DNA from: Nemertoderma westbladi
Lineage: Eukaryota > Animalia > Xenacoelomorpha
DNA: 64,000 nt
Assembly (NCBI GenBank): GCA_032718475.1
Contig: JAUCBJ010009082.1
Location: 1 to 64,000, forward strand
Direction: 5' to 3'
Under the pieces are notes generated by a model. The model was not told where the DNA came from and made no database searches. It saw nothing but the letters and a program-made list of their open reading frames with translations. The position numbers were made by a program, and so were the translations under genes. Positions 29,001 to 42,300 of the stretch are shown one piece after another; within the stretch, counting starts at the first letter, position 1, and each line of letters opens with the position of its first letter.

Positions 29001-29485
29001 AGAGACACGATTGAGGGATCTTGAGGAATCTATCGTTCACATTGGCCTGTATGAGAGACACGATTGAGGGATCTTGAGGAATCTATCGTTCACATTGGCC
29101 TGTATGAGAGACACGAATGAGAGATCTTGAGGAATCTATCATTCACATTGGCCTGTCAGAGAGACACGATTGAAGTATCTTGAGGAATCTATCGTTCACA
29201 TTGGCCTGTTTGAGAGACACAAATGAGGGATCTTGAAGAATCTATCGTTCACATTGGCCTGTATGAGAGACATGATTGAGGGATCTTGAGGAATCTATCG
29301 TTCACATTGGCCTGATCTTGAGGAATCTATCGTTCACATTGGCCTGTATGAGAGACACGATTGAGGTATCTTGAGGAATCTATCGTTCACATTGGCCTGT
29401 ATGAGAGACACGATTGAGGTATCTTGAGGAATCTATCGTTCACATTGGCCTGTATGAGAGACACGATTGAGGTATTTTGAGGAAT
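14004..29485. repeat. 53-bp satellite, >=15.5 kb (GTTCACATTGGCCTGTATGAGAGACACGATTGAGGGATCTTGAGGAATCTATC)n
   Basis: Period 53 (14004->14057); roughly 290 units; interrupted by an N gap so true length is unknown. Confidence 0.99.
14429..14528. other. Assembly gap (100 N)
   Basis: Run of n characters. Confidence 0.99.
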
Positions 29486-29596
29486 GTTAGTTAGTCATCA
29501 ATGTTAGTTAGGCGTCAGTTAGGTCTAACTGTCACAAAGAGGACCAAGACCCTACTACTCACAACGATAATACGAGTGGCCTTCGTGCAGCAAAAG

Positions 29597-29757
29597 CTGA
29601 AAGCCATCTTAGCGAACAATTATAATTATACTATGGCCAGTTATTATTCTAATAACTGAACCTAAATATTGGCTTCTGACACACATACACAGCTACCTAC
29701 ATACAGACTTTTGGGAAACGGCCGTAGTAATTATAACAGTTCGCAGATGGCTCGCAG
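29597..29757. mobile_element. Small imperfect inverted repeat (MITE-like hairpin)
   Basis: CTGAAAGCCATCTTAGCGAACAATTATAATTATACTATGGCC vs reverse complement of 29720-29757 CTGCGAGCCATCTGCGAACTGTTATAATTACTACGGCC. Confidence 0.6.
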
Positions 29758-30420
29758 TTCTCTTCTGAATCGCCCCAGTAACAACTGGCTATCTGCAAAC
29801 AGCGGTACGTGTAAATGTATTTATTATTAAAAAAAGATAAAAAAAATTAATCGAAAATATTTGCAATATTAAAAACACGTGATCACTTACATCATAGGGA
29901 TCCCCACGTCACAAACACCCGAAGGTTGACTGTTAAGCAATCCTCATTTCTTGTCGTCCATTCGGGAAGCACACTGGATACTGAGTTGTATTCAATGCAT
30001 AATTTGGGGTTTCTCCGTAAACACTGCGATATACACAGACCAATGGCAGGTAATACATGTAATTATTGTTAGCTAAAAATTAAGGTATATAGTTTGTTAT
30101 GGGTCGAGCCGCTTGATAGATGTAACATAAGGGCCGTGTTCCTCTGGTAGACGATGGATGCCTTACACAAAATAACCAATCACAGGCCTTCATCCAGTCA
30201 TAAGTCAAAATATGAAACATGGGATATAATCAATTTCTACCCATGGGTTGTAACTTACGGTTCACGCACGGGCCTAATGGTCTCGGACTTTCTTTATGAA
30301 CACTTCATCTGATATCCATCTGTAAAGACTACGTGATGTGTTTACGCAGGTGATTAAATATGGCGAAATAATAAATTTCAACCGGTTGTTGTAGCGAAAT
30401 AAATAAAAAATCCCGTGGGA

Positions 30421-30597
30421 AACATTCGCGACGCATTTGTATAATGTGGTGCATATAAGGTCCGTATTAGATGCGGAATCCGAATGGAAGATGAGTAAAA
30501 GGTTCGTTCGGATACGAATTTGTATCGCTCACATCATGGATCTCACATATGCAACATTTTCGTTATGAATGCGTTATGTGCATGCGTTACGAATATT
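30421..30597. mobile_element. Old degenerate inverted repeat (MITE-like)
   Basis: AACATTCGCGACGCAT pairs with ATGCGTTACGAATATT; AATGTGGTGCATATAAGGTCC pairs imperfectly with GGATCTCACATATGCAACATT. Confidence 0.4.
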
Positions 30598-30744
30598 ATT
30601 CACTGTGCAGTGACCTCGGCCTTATAGATAACATTTTATGGTTATAAAGTTACTTTCAATAGTAAGTCACAGTTAGAGGACAGCCAAACACGGTTTGAAT
30701 GATTTTCTTAATAAAATCAAATAAAACAGATTGAAAAATCATAA

Positions 30745-31315
30745 TGTGGGGCGAGCCACGAAGTGAGCGAAGCCTTAGCATATGGGTGCCATTAACGAGT
30801 TGTGTGTCGTCGTCGTAAATTTTTGATCGCTAATAACTCGGTTATTCCTTGATGAAATTAAACGAAACTTGGTACGTGTGTAGTCTGGCAAAAGTTTAGA
30901 AAGAATCTGAAGTTTGGTAAAAAAACGAACGAACGCAACGAGTTTACAATGGATACGAGTATCCATCTGCCATAAATCATCAGTTACTCTTACAGTTTCG
31001 AGACTTTGCATAGTTATAAAGGTCGTTAGTCTCCGTTTAGGAAAATTATTTAAAGACAAAACACGACGGAGCGCAACGAAGCTAATGAAGGAGAAGAGTA
31101 TTGAAAAACTAAAAATGTCATATTAACTTAAAGAGCCCTAGTTAGAGTGTGTAAGGGCACACTGAAATGGATCTCTGTTTTTACAACTAGTTTATCACAA
31201 ACTGATAACATCGCCTTCACTCATATATATTTTGGTTTTCGTATCTAATAGAGATTACTGTAATGTACTTTCTAATATATGTTCTCGTGCTGCGCGAAGG
31301 CCCCACGAACGTGTA
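30745..31315 (+). mobile_element. HINE/Helentron-like non-autonomous element, copy 1
   Basis: Starts TGTGGGGCGAGCCACGAAGTGAGCGAAGCCTTAGC, short (GTC)n tract, ends CGTGCTGCGCGAAGGCCCCACGAACGTGTA; both ends match the element at 43890-44400 in opposite orientation. Superfamily inferred from subterminal GTGGGG/CCCCAC repeats, microsatellite and terminal hairpin. Confidence 0.6.
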
Positions 31316-32017
31316 TATAACTGTAAGATTGTTATATTTTCTGGGCCGTTCTAATACAATTTGGTTGAGACCTTTCTTATGTAGAATAGAACCAGGTCGT
31401 GCATACATCTCGTTTCTTTGAGACATTCTCTCCAGATAAAACGAAGAACGCAAAAAAAGTACGCAAAAGTGTGATTATCTCAGAATGACACTTTTGTCAC
31501 ATAAGACCTTTTTATGCTCAGCCCTTCAATTAATTGTGTGAAGTCATAGAGCCTTAATTTTGCGTTAACTAGTATTATAGCAATAACAATGTGCACTATT
31601 ATTAATTTATTGGTATTGTTTACCACCCAAGTAGAAAGTCTAAAGAGCTAAAATAGTGCTTACAAGTTAAATAAATCACCGGCGTAATTAATGTTCCTAA
31701 TAATTATTATAATTAATAACCTTTGATTATTCTGTTCAACCTAGTCCTAATGCCATATACGTAGGCCCGCAAAGAACAACTTGATCTCTCCGACTGCGCC
31801 TTAATAAACAATCATGCTGTCGACAACTAATCTCACATTGTTAGAACACGGGATACTAAACTGTCTACGCCAATATTATCAACATTTAGTTAACAACAAG
31901 TTCAGTTACCCATTACCATCAGTCAATTGTATCACTTGCAGAATTGGCACTATGTACAGTAGGATAGATAGGCCTACGGTTGTAATACATAGCAAACCGT
32001 GAGAAACGACAGTCTTA

Positions 32018-33247
32018 ACTATGAATATGGTGGGTAGCTCACCGTTTTTGTACATTGGCTACGACTATGAATATGGTGGGTAGCTCACCGTTTTTGTACA
32101 TTGGCTACGACTATGAATATGGTGGGTAGCTCACCGTTTTTGTACATTGGCTACGACTATGAATATGGTGGGTAGCTCACCGTTTTTGTACATTGGCTAC
32201 GACTATGAATATGGTGGGTAGCTCACCGTTTTCGTACATTGGCTACGACTATGAATATGGTGGGTAGCTCACCGTCTTTGTACATTGGCTACGACTATGA
32301 ATATGGTGGGTAGCTCACCGTTTTTGTACATTGGCTACGACTATGAATATGGTGGGTAGCTCACCGTTTTTGTACATTGGCTACGACTATGAATATGGTG
32401 GGTAGCTCACCGTTTTTGTACATTGGCTACGACTATGAATATGGTGGGTAGCTCACCGTTTTTGTACATTGGCTACGACTATGAATATGGTGGGTAGCTC
32501 ACCGTTTTTGTACATTGGCTACGACTATGAATATGGTGGGTAGCTCACCGTTTTTGTACATTGGCTACGACTATGAATATGGTGGGTAGCTCACCGTTTT
32601 TGTACATTGGCTACGACTATGAATATGGTGGGTAGCTCACCGTTTTTGTACATTGGCTACGACTATGAATATGGTGGGTAGCTCACCGTTTTCGTACATT
32701 GGCTACGACTATGAATATGGTGGGTAGCTCACGCTTTGTACATTGGCTACGACTATGAATATGGTGGGTAGCTCACCGTTTTTGTACATTGGCTACGACT
32801 ATGAATATGGTGGGTAGCTCACCGTTTTTGTACATTGGCTACGACTATGAATATGGTGGATAGCTCACCGTTTTTGTACATTGGGTACGACTATGAATAT
32901 GGTGGGTAGCTCACCGTTTTTGTACATTGGCTACGACTATGAATATGGTGGGTAGCTCACCGTTTTTGTACATTGGCTACGACTATGAATATGGTGGGTA
33001 GCTCACCGTTTTTGTACATTGGCTACGACTATGAATATGGTGGGTAGCTCACCGTTTTTGTACATTGGCTACGACTATGAATATGGTGGGTAGCTCACCG
33101 TTTTTGTACATTGGCTACGACTATGAATATGGAGGGTAGCCCACCGTTTTTGTACATTGGCTACGACTATGAATATGGTGTAGCCCACCGTTTTTGTACA
33201 TTGGCTACGACTATGAATATGGTGTAGCTCACCGTTTTTGTACATTG
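32018..33247. repeat. 46-bp minisatellite (ACTATGAATATGGTGGGTAGCTCACCGTTTTTGTACATTGGCTACG)n
   Basis: Period 46 (32018->32064), ~27 nearly identical units. Confidence 0.98.
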
Positions 33248-33363
33248 ACGACAACTCAAAACTGATCTAAATTTTATTACACAAAGCTTCACTTTTTAGC
33301 TCGGTTAGATGTTTGATGATAATGTATAAGAAGTTGTATTAAAGTTATTTTTTGTACAAGCCT

Positions 33364-36300
33364 GTGAAGGCCAGTGAAATGTAGAAGCCATCCATCAATG
33401 TAGGACAGTGGATTGTAGAACCACACATCAGTGTAAGCCAGTGAAATGTAGAAGCCATCCATCAGTGTAAGCCATTGAAATGTAGAAGCCATCCATCAGT
33501 GTAGGATAGTGGATTGTAGAAGCCACACATCAGTGTAAGCCAGTGAAATGTAGAAGCCATCCATCAATGTAAGCCAGTGAAATGTAGAAGCCATCAATCA
33601 GTGTAGCATAGTGGATTGTAGAAGCCATCCATCAGTGTAGGATAGTGGATTGTAGAAGCCACACATCAGTGTAAGCCAGTGAAATGTAGAAGCCATCCAT
33701 CAATGTAAGCCAGTGAAATGTAGAAGCCCTCCATCAGTGTAGGATTGTAGAAGCCATCCATCAGTGTAGGATAGTGGATTGTATAAGCCATCCATCAGTG
33801 TAAGCTAGTGAAATGTAGAAGCCATCCATCAGTGTAAGCCAGTGAAATGTAGAAGCCATCCATCAGTGTAGGATAGTGGATTGTAGACTGGCTTACATTG
33901 ATGGGTGGCTTCTACAATCCACTATCCTACTCTGATGGATGGCTTCTACAATCCACTATCGTACACTGATGGGTGGCTTCTACAATCCACTATCCTACAC
34001 TGATGGATGGCTTCTACATTTCAATGGCTTACATTGATGTATGGCTTCTACATTTCACTGGCTTACATTGATGGGTGGCTTCTACAATCCACTATCCTAC
34101 TCTGATGGATGGCTTCTACAATCCACTATCGTACACTGATGGGTGGCTTCTACACTCCACTATCCTACACTGATGGATGGCTTCTACAATCCACTATCCT
34201 ACACTGATGGATGGCTTCTACATTTCAATGGCTTACATTGATGGATGGCTTCTACATTTCAATGGCTTACACTGATAGATGGCTTCTACATTTCACTGGC
34301 TTACATTGATGGGTGGCTTCTACATTTCACTGGCTTACACTGATGGATGGCTTCTACAAACCACTATCCTACACTGATGGGTGGCTTCTACAATCCACTA
34401 TCCTACACTGATGGATGGCGATCCATCAGTGTAGGATAGTGGATTGTAGAAGCCACACATCAGTGTAAGCCAGTGAAATGTAGAAGCCATCCATCAGTGT
34501 AGGATAGTGGATTGTAGAAGCCACTCATCAATGTAAGCCATTGAAATGTAGAAGCCATCCATCAGTGTAGGATAGTGGATTGTAGAAGCCACCCATCAAT
34601 GTAAGCCATTGAAATGTAGAAGCCATCCATCAGTGTAGGATAGTGGATTGTAGAAGCCATCCATCAGTGTAAGCCATTGAAATGTAGAAGCCATCCATCA
34701 GTGTAAGCCATTGAAATGTAGAAGCCATCCATCAATGTAAGCCAGTGAAATGTAGAAGCCATCCATTAATGTAAGCCATTGAAATGTAGAAGCCATCCAT
34801 CAGTGTAGGATAGTGGATTGTAGAAGCTATCCATCAGTGTAGGATAGTGGATTGTAGAAGCCATCCATCAGTGTAGGATAGTGGATTGTAGAAGCTATCC
34901 ATCAGTGTCCATCCAACAGTGTAAGCCAGTGAAATGTAGAAGCCATCCATCAGTGTAGGATAGTGGATTGTAGAAGCCATCCATCAGTGTAAGCCATTGA
35001 AATGTAGAAGCCATCCATCAGTGTAAGCCAGTGAAATGTAGAAGCCATCCATCAATGTAAGACATTGAAATGTAGAAGCCATCCATCAGTGTAGGATAGT
35101 GGATTGTAGAAGCCACCCATCAATGTAAGCCATTGAAATGTAGAAGCCATCCATCAGTGTAGGATAGTGGATTGTAGAAGCCACCCATCAATGTAAGCCA
35201 TTGAAATGTAGAAGCCATCCATCAGTGTAGGATAGTGGATTGTAGAAGCCATCCATCAATGTAAGCCATTGAAATGTAGAAGCCATCCATCAGTGTAGGA
35301 TAGTGGATTGTAGAAGCTATCCATCAGTGTCCATCCAACAGTGTAAGCCAGTGAAATGTAGAAGCCATCCATCAGTGTAGGATAGTGGATTGTAGAAGCC
35401 ATCCATCAGTGTAAGCCATTGAAATGTAGAAGCCATCCATCAGTGTAGGATAGTGGATTGTAGAAGCCACACATCAGTGTAAGCCAGTAAAATGTAGAAG
35501 CCATCCATCAGTGTAGGATAGTGGATTGTAGAAGCCACCCATCAATGTAAGCCATTGAAATGTAGAAGCCATCCATCAGTGTAGGATAGTGGATTGTAGA
35601 AGCCACCCATCAATGTAAGCCATTGAAATGTAGAAGCCATCCATCAGTGTAGGATAGTGGATTGTAGAAGCCATCCATCAGTGTAAGCCATTGAAATGTA
35701 GAAGCCATCCATCAGTGTAAGCCAGTGAAATGTAGAAGCCATCCATCAATGTAAGCCAGTGAAATGTAGAAGCCATCCATCAATGTAAGCCATTGAAATG
35801 TAGAAGCCATCCATCAGTGTAGGATAGTGGATTGTAGAAGCTATCCATCAGTGTAGGATAGTGGATTGTAGAAGCAATCCATCAGTGTAAGCCAGTGAAA
35901 TGTAGAAGCCATCCATCAATGTAAGCCATTGAAATGTAGAAGCCATCCATCAGTGTAGGATAGTGGATTGTAGAAGCTATCCATCAGTGTCCATCCAACA
36001 GTGTAAGCCAGTGAAATGTAGAAGCCATCCATCAGTGTAGGATAGTGGATTGTAGAAGCCATCCATCAGTGTAAGCCATTGAAATGTAGAAGCCATCCAT
36101 CAGTGTAAGCCAGTGAAATGTAGAAGCCATCCATCAATGTAAGACATTGAAATGTAGAAGCCATCCATCAGTGTAGGATAGTGGATTGTAGAAGCCATCC
36201 ATCAGTGTAGGATAGTGGATTGTAGAAGTCATCCATCAGTGTAAGCCATTGAAATGTAGAAGCCATCCATCAGTGTAAGCCAGTGAAATGTAGAAGCCAT

Positions 36301-39300
36301 CCATCAATGTAAGCCATTGAAATGTAGAAGCCACCCATCAGTGTACGATAGTGGATTGTAGAAGCCATCCATCAGAGTAGGATAGTGGATTGTAGAAGCC
36401 ATCCATCAGTGTAAGCCATTGAAATGTAGAAGCCATCCATCAGTGTAAGCCAGTGAAATGTAGAAGCCATCCATCAATGTAAGCCATTGAAATGTAGAAG
36501 CCACCCATCAGTGTACGATAGTGGATTGTAGAAGCCATCCATCAGAGTAGGATAGTGGATTGTAGAAGCCACCCATCAATGTAAGCCAGTGAAATGTAGA
36601 AGCCATCTATCAGTGTAGGATAGTGGATTGTAGAAGCCACACATCAGTGTAAGCCAGTGAAATGTAGAAGCCATCTATCAGTGTAGGATAGTGGATTGTA
36701 GAAGCCATCCATCAGTGTAGGATAGTGGATTGTAGAAGCCATCCATCAGTGTAAGCCATTGAAATGTAGAAGCCATCCATCAGTGTAGGATAGTGGATTG
36801 TAGAAGCCACACATCAGTGTAAGCCAGTGAAATGTAGAAGCCATCTATCAGTGTAGGATAGTGGATTGTAGAAGCCATCCATCAGTGTAGGATAGTGGAT
36901 TGTAGAAGCCACACATCAGTGTAAGCCAGTGAAATGTAGAAGCCATCCATCAGTGTAGGATAGTGGATTGTAGAAGCCACCCATCAATGTAAGCCATTGA
37001 AATGTAGAAGCCATCCATCAGTGTAGGATAGTGGATTGTAGAAGCCACCCATCAATGTAAGCCATTGAAATGTAGAAGCCATCCATCAGTGTAGGATAGT
37101 GGATTGTAGAAGCCATCCATCAGTGTAAGCCATTGAAATGTAGAAGCCATCCATCAGTGTAAGCCAGTGAAATGTAGAAGCCATCCATCAATGTAAGCCA
37201 GTGAAATGTAGAAGCCATCCATCAATGTAAGCCATTGAAATGTAGAGCCATCCATCAGTGTAGGATAGTGGATTGTAGAAGCTATCCATCAGTGTAGGAT
37301 AGTAGATTGTAGAAGCCATCCATCAGTGTAAGCCAGTGAAATGTAGAAGCCATCCATCAATGTAAGCCATTGAAATGTAGAAGCCATCCATCAGTGTAGG
37401 ATAGTGGATTGTAGAAGCTATCCATCAGTGTCCATCCAACAGTGTAAGCCAGTGAAATGTAGAAGCCATCCATCAGTGTAGGATAGTGGATTGTAGAAGC
37501 CATCCATCAGTGTAAGCCATTGAAATGTAGAAACCATCCATCAGTGTAAGCCAGTGAAATGTAGAAGCCATCCATCAATGTAAGACATTGAAATGTAGAA
37601 GCCATCCATCAGTGTAGGATAGTGGATTGTAGAAGCCATCCATCAGTGTAGGATAGTGGATTGTAGAAGCCATCCATCAGTGTAAGCCATTGAAATGTAG
37701 AAGCCATCCATCAGTATAAGCCAGTGAAATGTAGAAGCCATCCATTAATGTAAGCCATTGATATGTAGAAGCCACCCATCAGTGTACGATAGTGGATTGT
37801 AGAAGCCATCCATGAGAGTAGGATAGTGGATTGTAGAAGCCATCCATCAGTGTAAGCCATTGAAATGTAGAAGCCATCCATCAGTGTAAGCCAGTGAAAT
37901 GTAGAAGCCATCCATCAATGTAAGCCATTGAAATGTAGAAGCCACCCATCAGTGTACGATAGTGGATTGTAGAAGCCATCCATCAGAGTAGGATAGTGGA
38001 TTGTAGAAGCCACCCATCAATGTAAGCCAGTGAAATGTAGAAGCCATCTATCAGTGTAGGATAGTGGATTGTAGAAGCCACACATCAGTGTAAGCCAGTG
38101 AAATGTAGAAGCCATCTATCAGTGTAGGATAGTGGATTGTAGAAGCCATCCATCAGTGTAGGATAGTGGATTGTAGAAGCCATCCATCAGTGTAAGCCAT
38201 TGAAATGTAGAAGCCATCCATCAGTGTAGGATAGTGGATTGTAGAAGCCACACATCAGTGTAAGCCAGTGAAATGTAGAAGCCATCTATCAGTGTAGGAT
38301 AGTGGATTGTAGAAGCCATCCATCAGTGTAGGATAGTGAATTGTAGAAGCCATCCATCAGTGTAAGCCATTGAAATGTAGAAGCCATCCATCAGTGTAAG
38401 CCAGTGAAATGTAGAAGCCATCCATCAATGTAAGCCATTGAAATGTAGAAGCCACCCATCAGTGTACGATAGTGGATTGTAGAAGCCATCCATCAGAGTA
38501 GGATAGTGGATTGTAGAAGCCACCCATCAATGTAAGCCAGTGAAATGTAGAAGCCACACATCAATGTAAGCCATTGAAATGTAGAAGCCATCCATCAGTG
38601 TAGGATAGTGGATCGTAGAAGCCACACATCAGTGTAAGCCAGTGAAATGTAGAAGCCATCCATCAGTGTAGGATAGTGGATTGTAGAAGCCACACATCAA
38701 TGTAAGCCATTGAAATGTAGAAGCCATCCATCAGTGTAGGATAGTGGATTGTAGAAGCCACCCATCAATGTAAGCCATTGAAATGAAGAAGCCATCCATC
38801 AGTGTAGGATAGTGGATTGTAGAAGCCATCCATCAGTGTAAGCCAGTGAAATGTAGAAGCCATCCATCAGTGTAATCCATTGAAATGTAGAAGCTATCCA
38901 TCAGTGTAGGATAGTGGATTGTAGAAGCCATCCATCAGTGTAGGATAGTGGATTGTAGAAGCCATCCATCAGTGTAGGATAGTGGATTGTAGAAGCCATC
39001 CATCAGTGTAGGATAGTGGATTATAAAAGCCACCCATCAATGTAAGCCAGTGAAATGTAGAAGCCACCCATCAATGAAAGCCATTGAAATGTAGAAGCCA
39101 TCCATCAGTGTAGGATAGTGGATTGTAGAAGCCACCCATCAGTGTAAGCCATTGAAATGTAGAAGCCATCCATCAGTGTAAGCCAGTGAAATGTAGAAGC
39201 CATCCATCAATGTAAGCCATTGAAATGTAGAAGCCATCCATCAGTGTAGGATAGTGGATTGTAGAAGCAATCCATCAGTGTCCATCCAACAGTGTAAGCC

Positions 39301-42300
39301 AGTGAAATGTAGAAGCCATCCATCAGTGTAGGATAGTGGATTGTAGAAGCCATCCATCAGTGTAAGCCATTGAAATGTAGAAGCCATCTATCAGTGTAAG
39401 CCAGTGAAATGTAGAAGCCATCCATCAATGTAAGCCATTGAAATGTAGAAGCCATCCATCAGTGTAGGATAGTGGATTGTAGAAGCCATCCATCAGTGTA
39501 AGCCATTGAAATGTAGAAGCCATCCATCAGTGTAAGCCAGTGAAATGTAGAAGCCATCCATCAATGTAAGCCATTGAAATGTAGAAGCCATCCATCAATG
39601 TAAGCCATTGAAATGTAGAAGCCATCCATCAGTGTAGGATAGTGGATTGTAGAAGCCACACATCAGTGTAAGCCAGTGAAATGTAGAAGCCATCCATCAG
39701 TGTAGGATAGTGGATTGTAGAAGCCATCCATCAGTGTAAGCCATTGAAATGTAGAAGCCATCCATCAGTGTAAGCCAGTGAAATGTAGAAGCCATCCATC
39801 AATGTAAGCCATTGAAATGTAGAAGCCATCCATCAGTGTAGGATAGTGGATTGTAGAAGCCACACATCAGTGTAAGCCAGTGAAATGTAGAAGCCATCCA
39901 TCAGTGTAGGATAGTGGATTGTAGAAGCCATCCATCAGAGTAAGCCATTGAAATGTAGAAGCCATCCATCAGTGTAAGCCAGTGAAATGTAGAAGCCATC
40001 CATCAGTGTAGGATAGTGGATTGTAGAAGCCATCCATCAGTGTAGGATAGTGGATTGTAGAAGCCAGCCATCAGTGTAGGATAGTGGATTGTAGAAGCCA
40101 GCCATCAGTGTAAGTCAGTGAAATGTAGACGCCATCCATCAGTGTAGGATAGTGGATTGTAGAAGCCATTCATCAGTGTAGGATAGTGGATTGTAGAAGC
40201 CATCCATCAGTGTAAGCCATTGAAATGTAGAAGCCATCCATCAGTGTAAGCCAGTGAAATGTAGAAGCCATCCATCAGTGTAGGATAGTGGATTGTAGAA
40301 GCCACACATCAGTGTAGGATAGTGGATTGTAGAAGCCATCTTTCAGTGTAAGCCAGTGAAATGTAGAAGCCATATATCAGTGTAAGCCATTGAAATGTAG
40401 AAGCCATCCATCAGTGTAAGCCAGTGAAATGTAGAAGCCATCCATCAGTGTAGGATAGTGGATTGTAGAAGCCACACATCAGTGTAGGATAGTGGATTGT
40501 AGAAGCCATCTATCAGTGTAAGCCAGTGAAATGTAGAAGCCATCCATCAGTGTAGGATAGTGGATTGTAGAAGCCACACATCAGTGTAGGATAGTGGATT
40601 GAAGAAGCCACACATCAGTGTAAGCCAGTGAAATGTAGAAGCCATCTATCAGTGTAAGCCATTGAAATGTAGAAGCCATCCATCAGTGTAAGCCAGTGAA
40701 ATGTAGAAGCCATCCATCAGTGTAGGATAGTGGATTGTAGAAGCCACACATCAGTGTAGGATAGTGGATTGTATAAGCCATCCATCAGTGTTAGCCAGTG
40801 AAATGTAGAAGCCATCCATCAGTGTAAGCCAGTGAAATGTAGAAGCCATCCATCAGTGTAGGATAGTGGATTGTAGAAGCCACCCATCAATGTAAGCCAT
40901 TGAAATGTAGAAGCCATCTATTAGTGTAAGCCATTGAAATGTAGAAGCCATCTATCAGTGTAGGATAGTGGAGTGTAAAAGCTATCCATCAGTGTAAGCC
41001 AGTGGAATGTAGAAGCCATCCATCAGTGCAAGCCATTGAAATGTAGAAGCCATCCATCAGTGTAGGATAGTGGATTGTAGAAGCCATCCATCAGTGTCCA
41101 TCCTACAGTGAAAGCCAGTGGAATGCTGAAGCCATCCATCAGTGTAGGATAGTGGATTGTAGAAGCCACACATCAGTGTAAGCCAGTGAAATGTAGAAGC
41201 CATCCATCAGTGTAGGATAGTGGATTGTAGAAGCCATCCATCAGTGTAAGCCATTGAAATGTAGAAGCCATCCATCAGTGTAAGCCAGTGAAATGTAGAA
41301 GCCATCCATCAATGTAAGCCATTGAAATGTAGAAGCCATCCATCAGTGTAGGATAGTGGATTGTAGAAGCCACACATCAGTGTAAGCCAGTGAAATGTAG
41401 AAGCCATCCATCAGTGTAGGATAGTGGATTGTAGAAGCCATCCATCAGAGTAAGCCATTGAAATGTAGAAGCCATCCATCAGTGTAAGCCAGTGAAATGT
41501 AGAAGCCATCCATCAGTGTAGGATAGTGGATTGTAGAAGCCATCCATCAGTGTAGGATAGTGGATTGTAGAAGCCAGCCATCAGTGTAGGATAGTGGATT
41601 GTAGAAGCCAGCCATCAGTGTAAGTCAGTGAAATGTAGACGCCATCCATCAGTGTAGGATAGTGGATTGTAGAAGCCATTCATCAGTGTAGGATAGTGGA
41701 TTGTAGAAGCCATCCATCAGTGTAAGCCATTGAAATGTAGAAGCCATCCATCAGTGTAAGCCAGTGAAATGTAGAAGCCATCCATCAGTGTAGGATAGTG
41801 GATTGTAGAAGCCACACATCAGTGTAGGATAGTGGATTGTAGAAGCCATCTTTCAGTGTAAGCCAGTGAAATGTAGAAGCCATATATCAGTGTAAGCCAT
41901 TGAAATGTAGAAGCCATCCATCAGTGTAAGCCAGTGAAATGTAGAAGCCATCCATCAGTGTAGGATAGTGGATTGTAGAAGCCACACATCAGTGTAGGAT
42001 AGTGGATTGTAGAAGCCATCTATCAGTGTAAGCCAGTGAAATGTAGAAGCCATCCATCAGTGTAGGATAGTGGATTGTAGAAGCCACACATCAGTGTAGG
42101 ATAGTGGATTGTAGAAGCCACACATCAGTGTAAGCCAGTGAAATGTAGAAGCCATCTATCAGTGTAAGCCATTGAAATGTAGAAGCCATCCATCAGTGTA
42201 AGCCAGTGAAATGTAGAAGCCATCCATCAGTGTAGGATAGTGGATTGTAGAAGCCACACATCAGTGTAGGATAGTGGATTGTATAAGCCATCCATCAGTG

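Noticed and set aside
14004-29485. Possible hammerhead-ribozyme satellite (CTGTATGAG resembles CUGAUGAG)
   Set aside because: No exact CUGANGA plus GAAA core with compatible stems on either strand.
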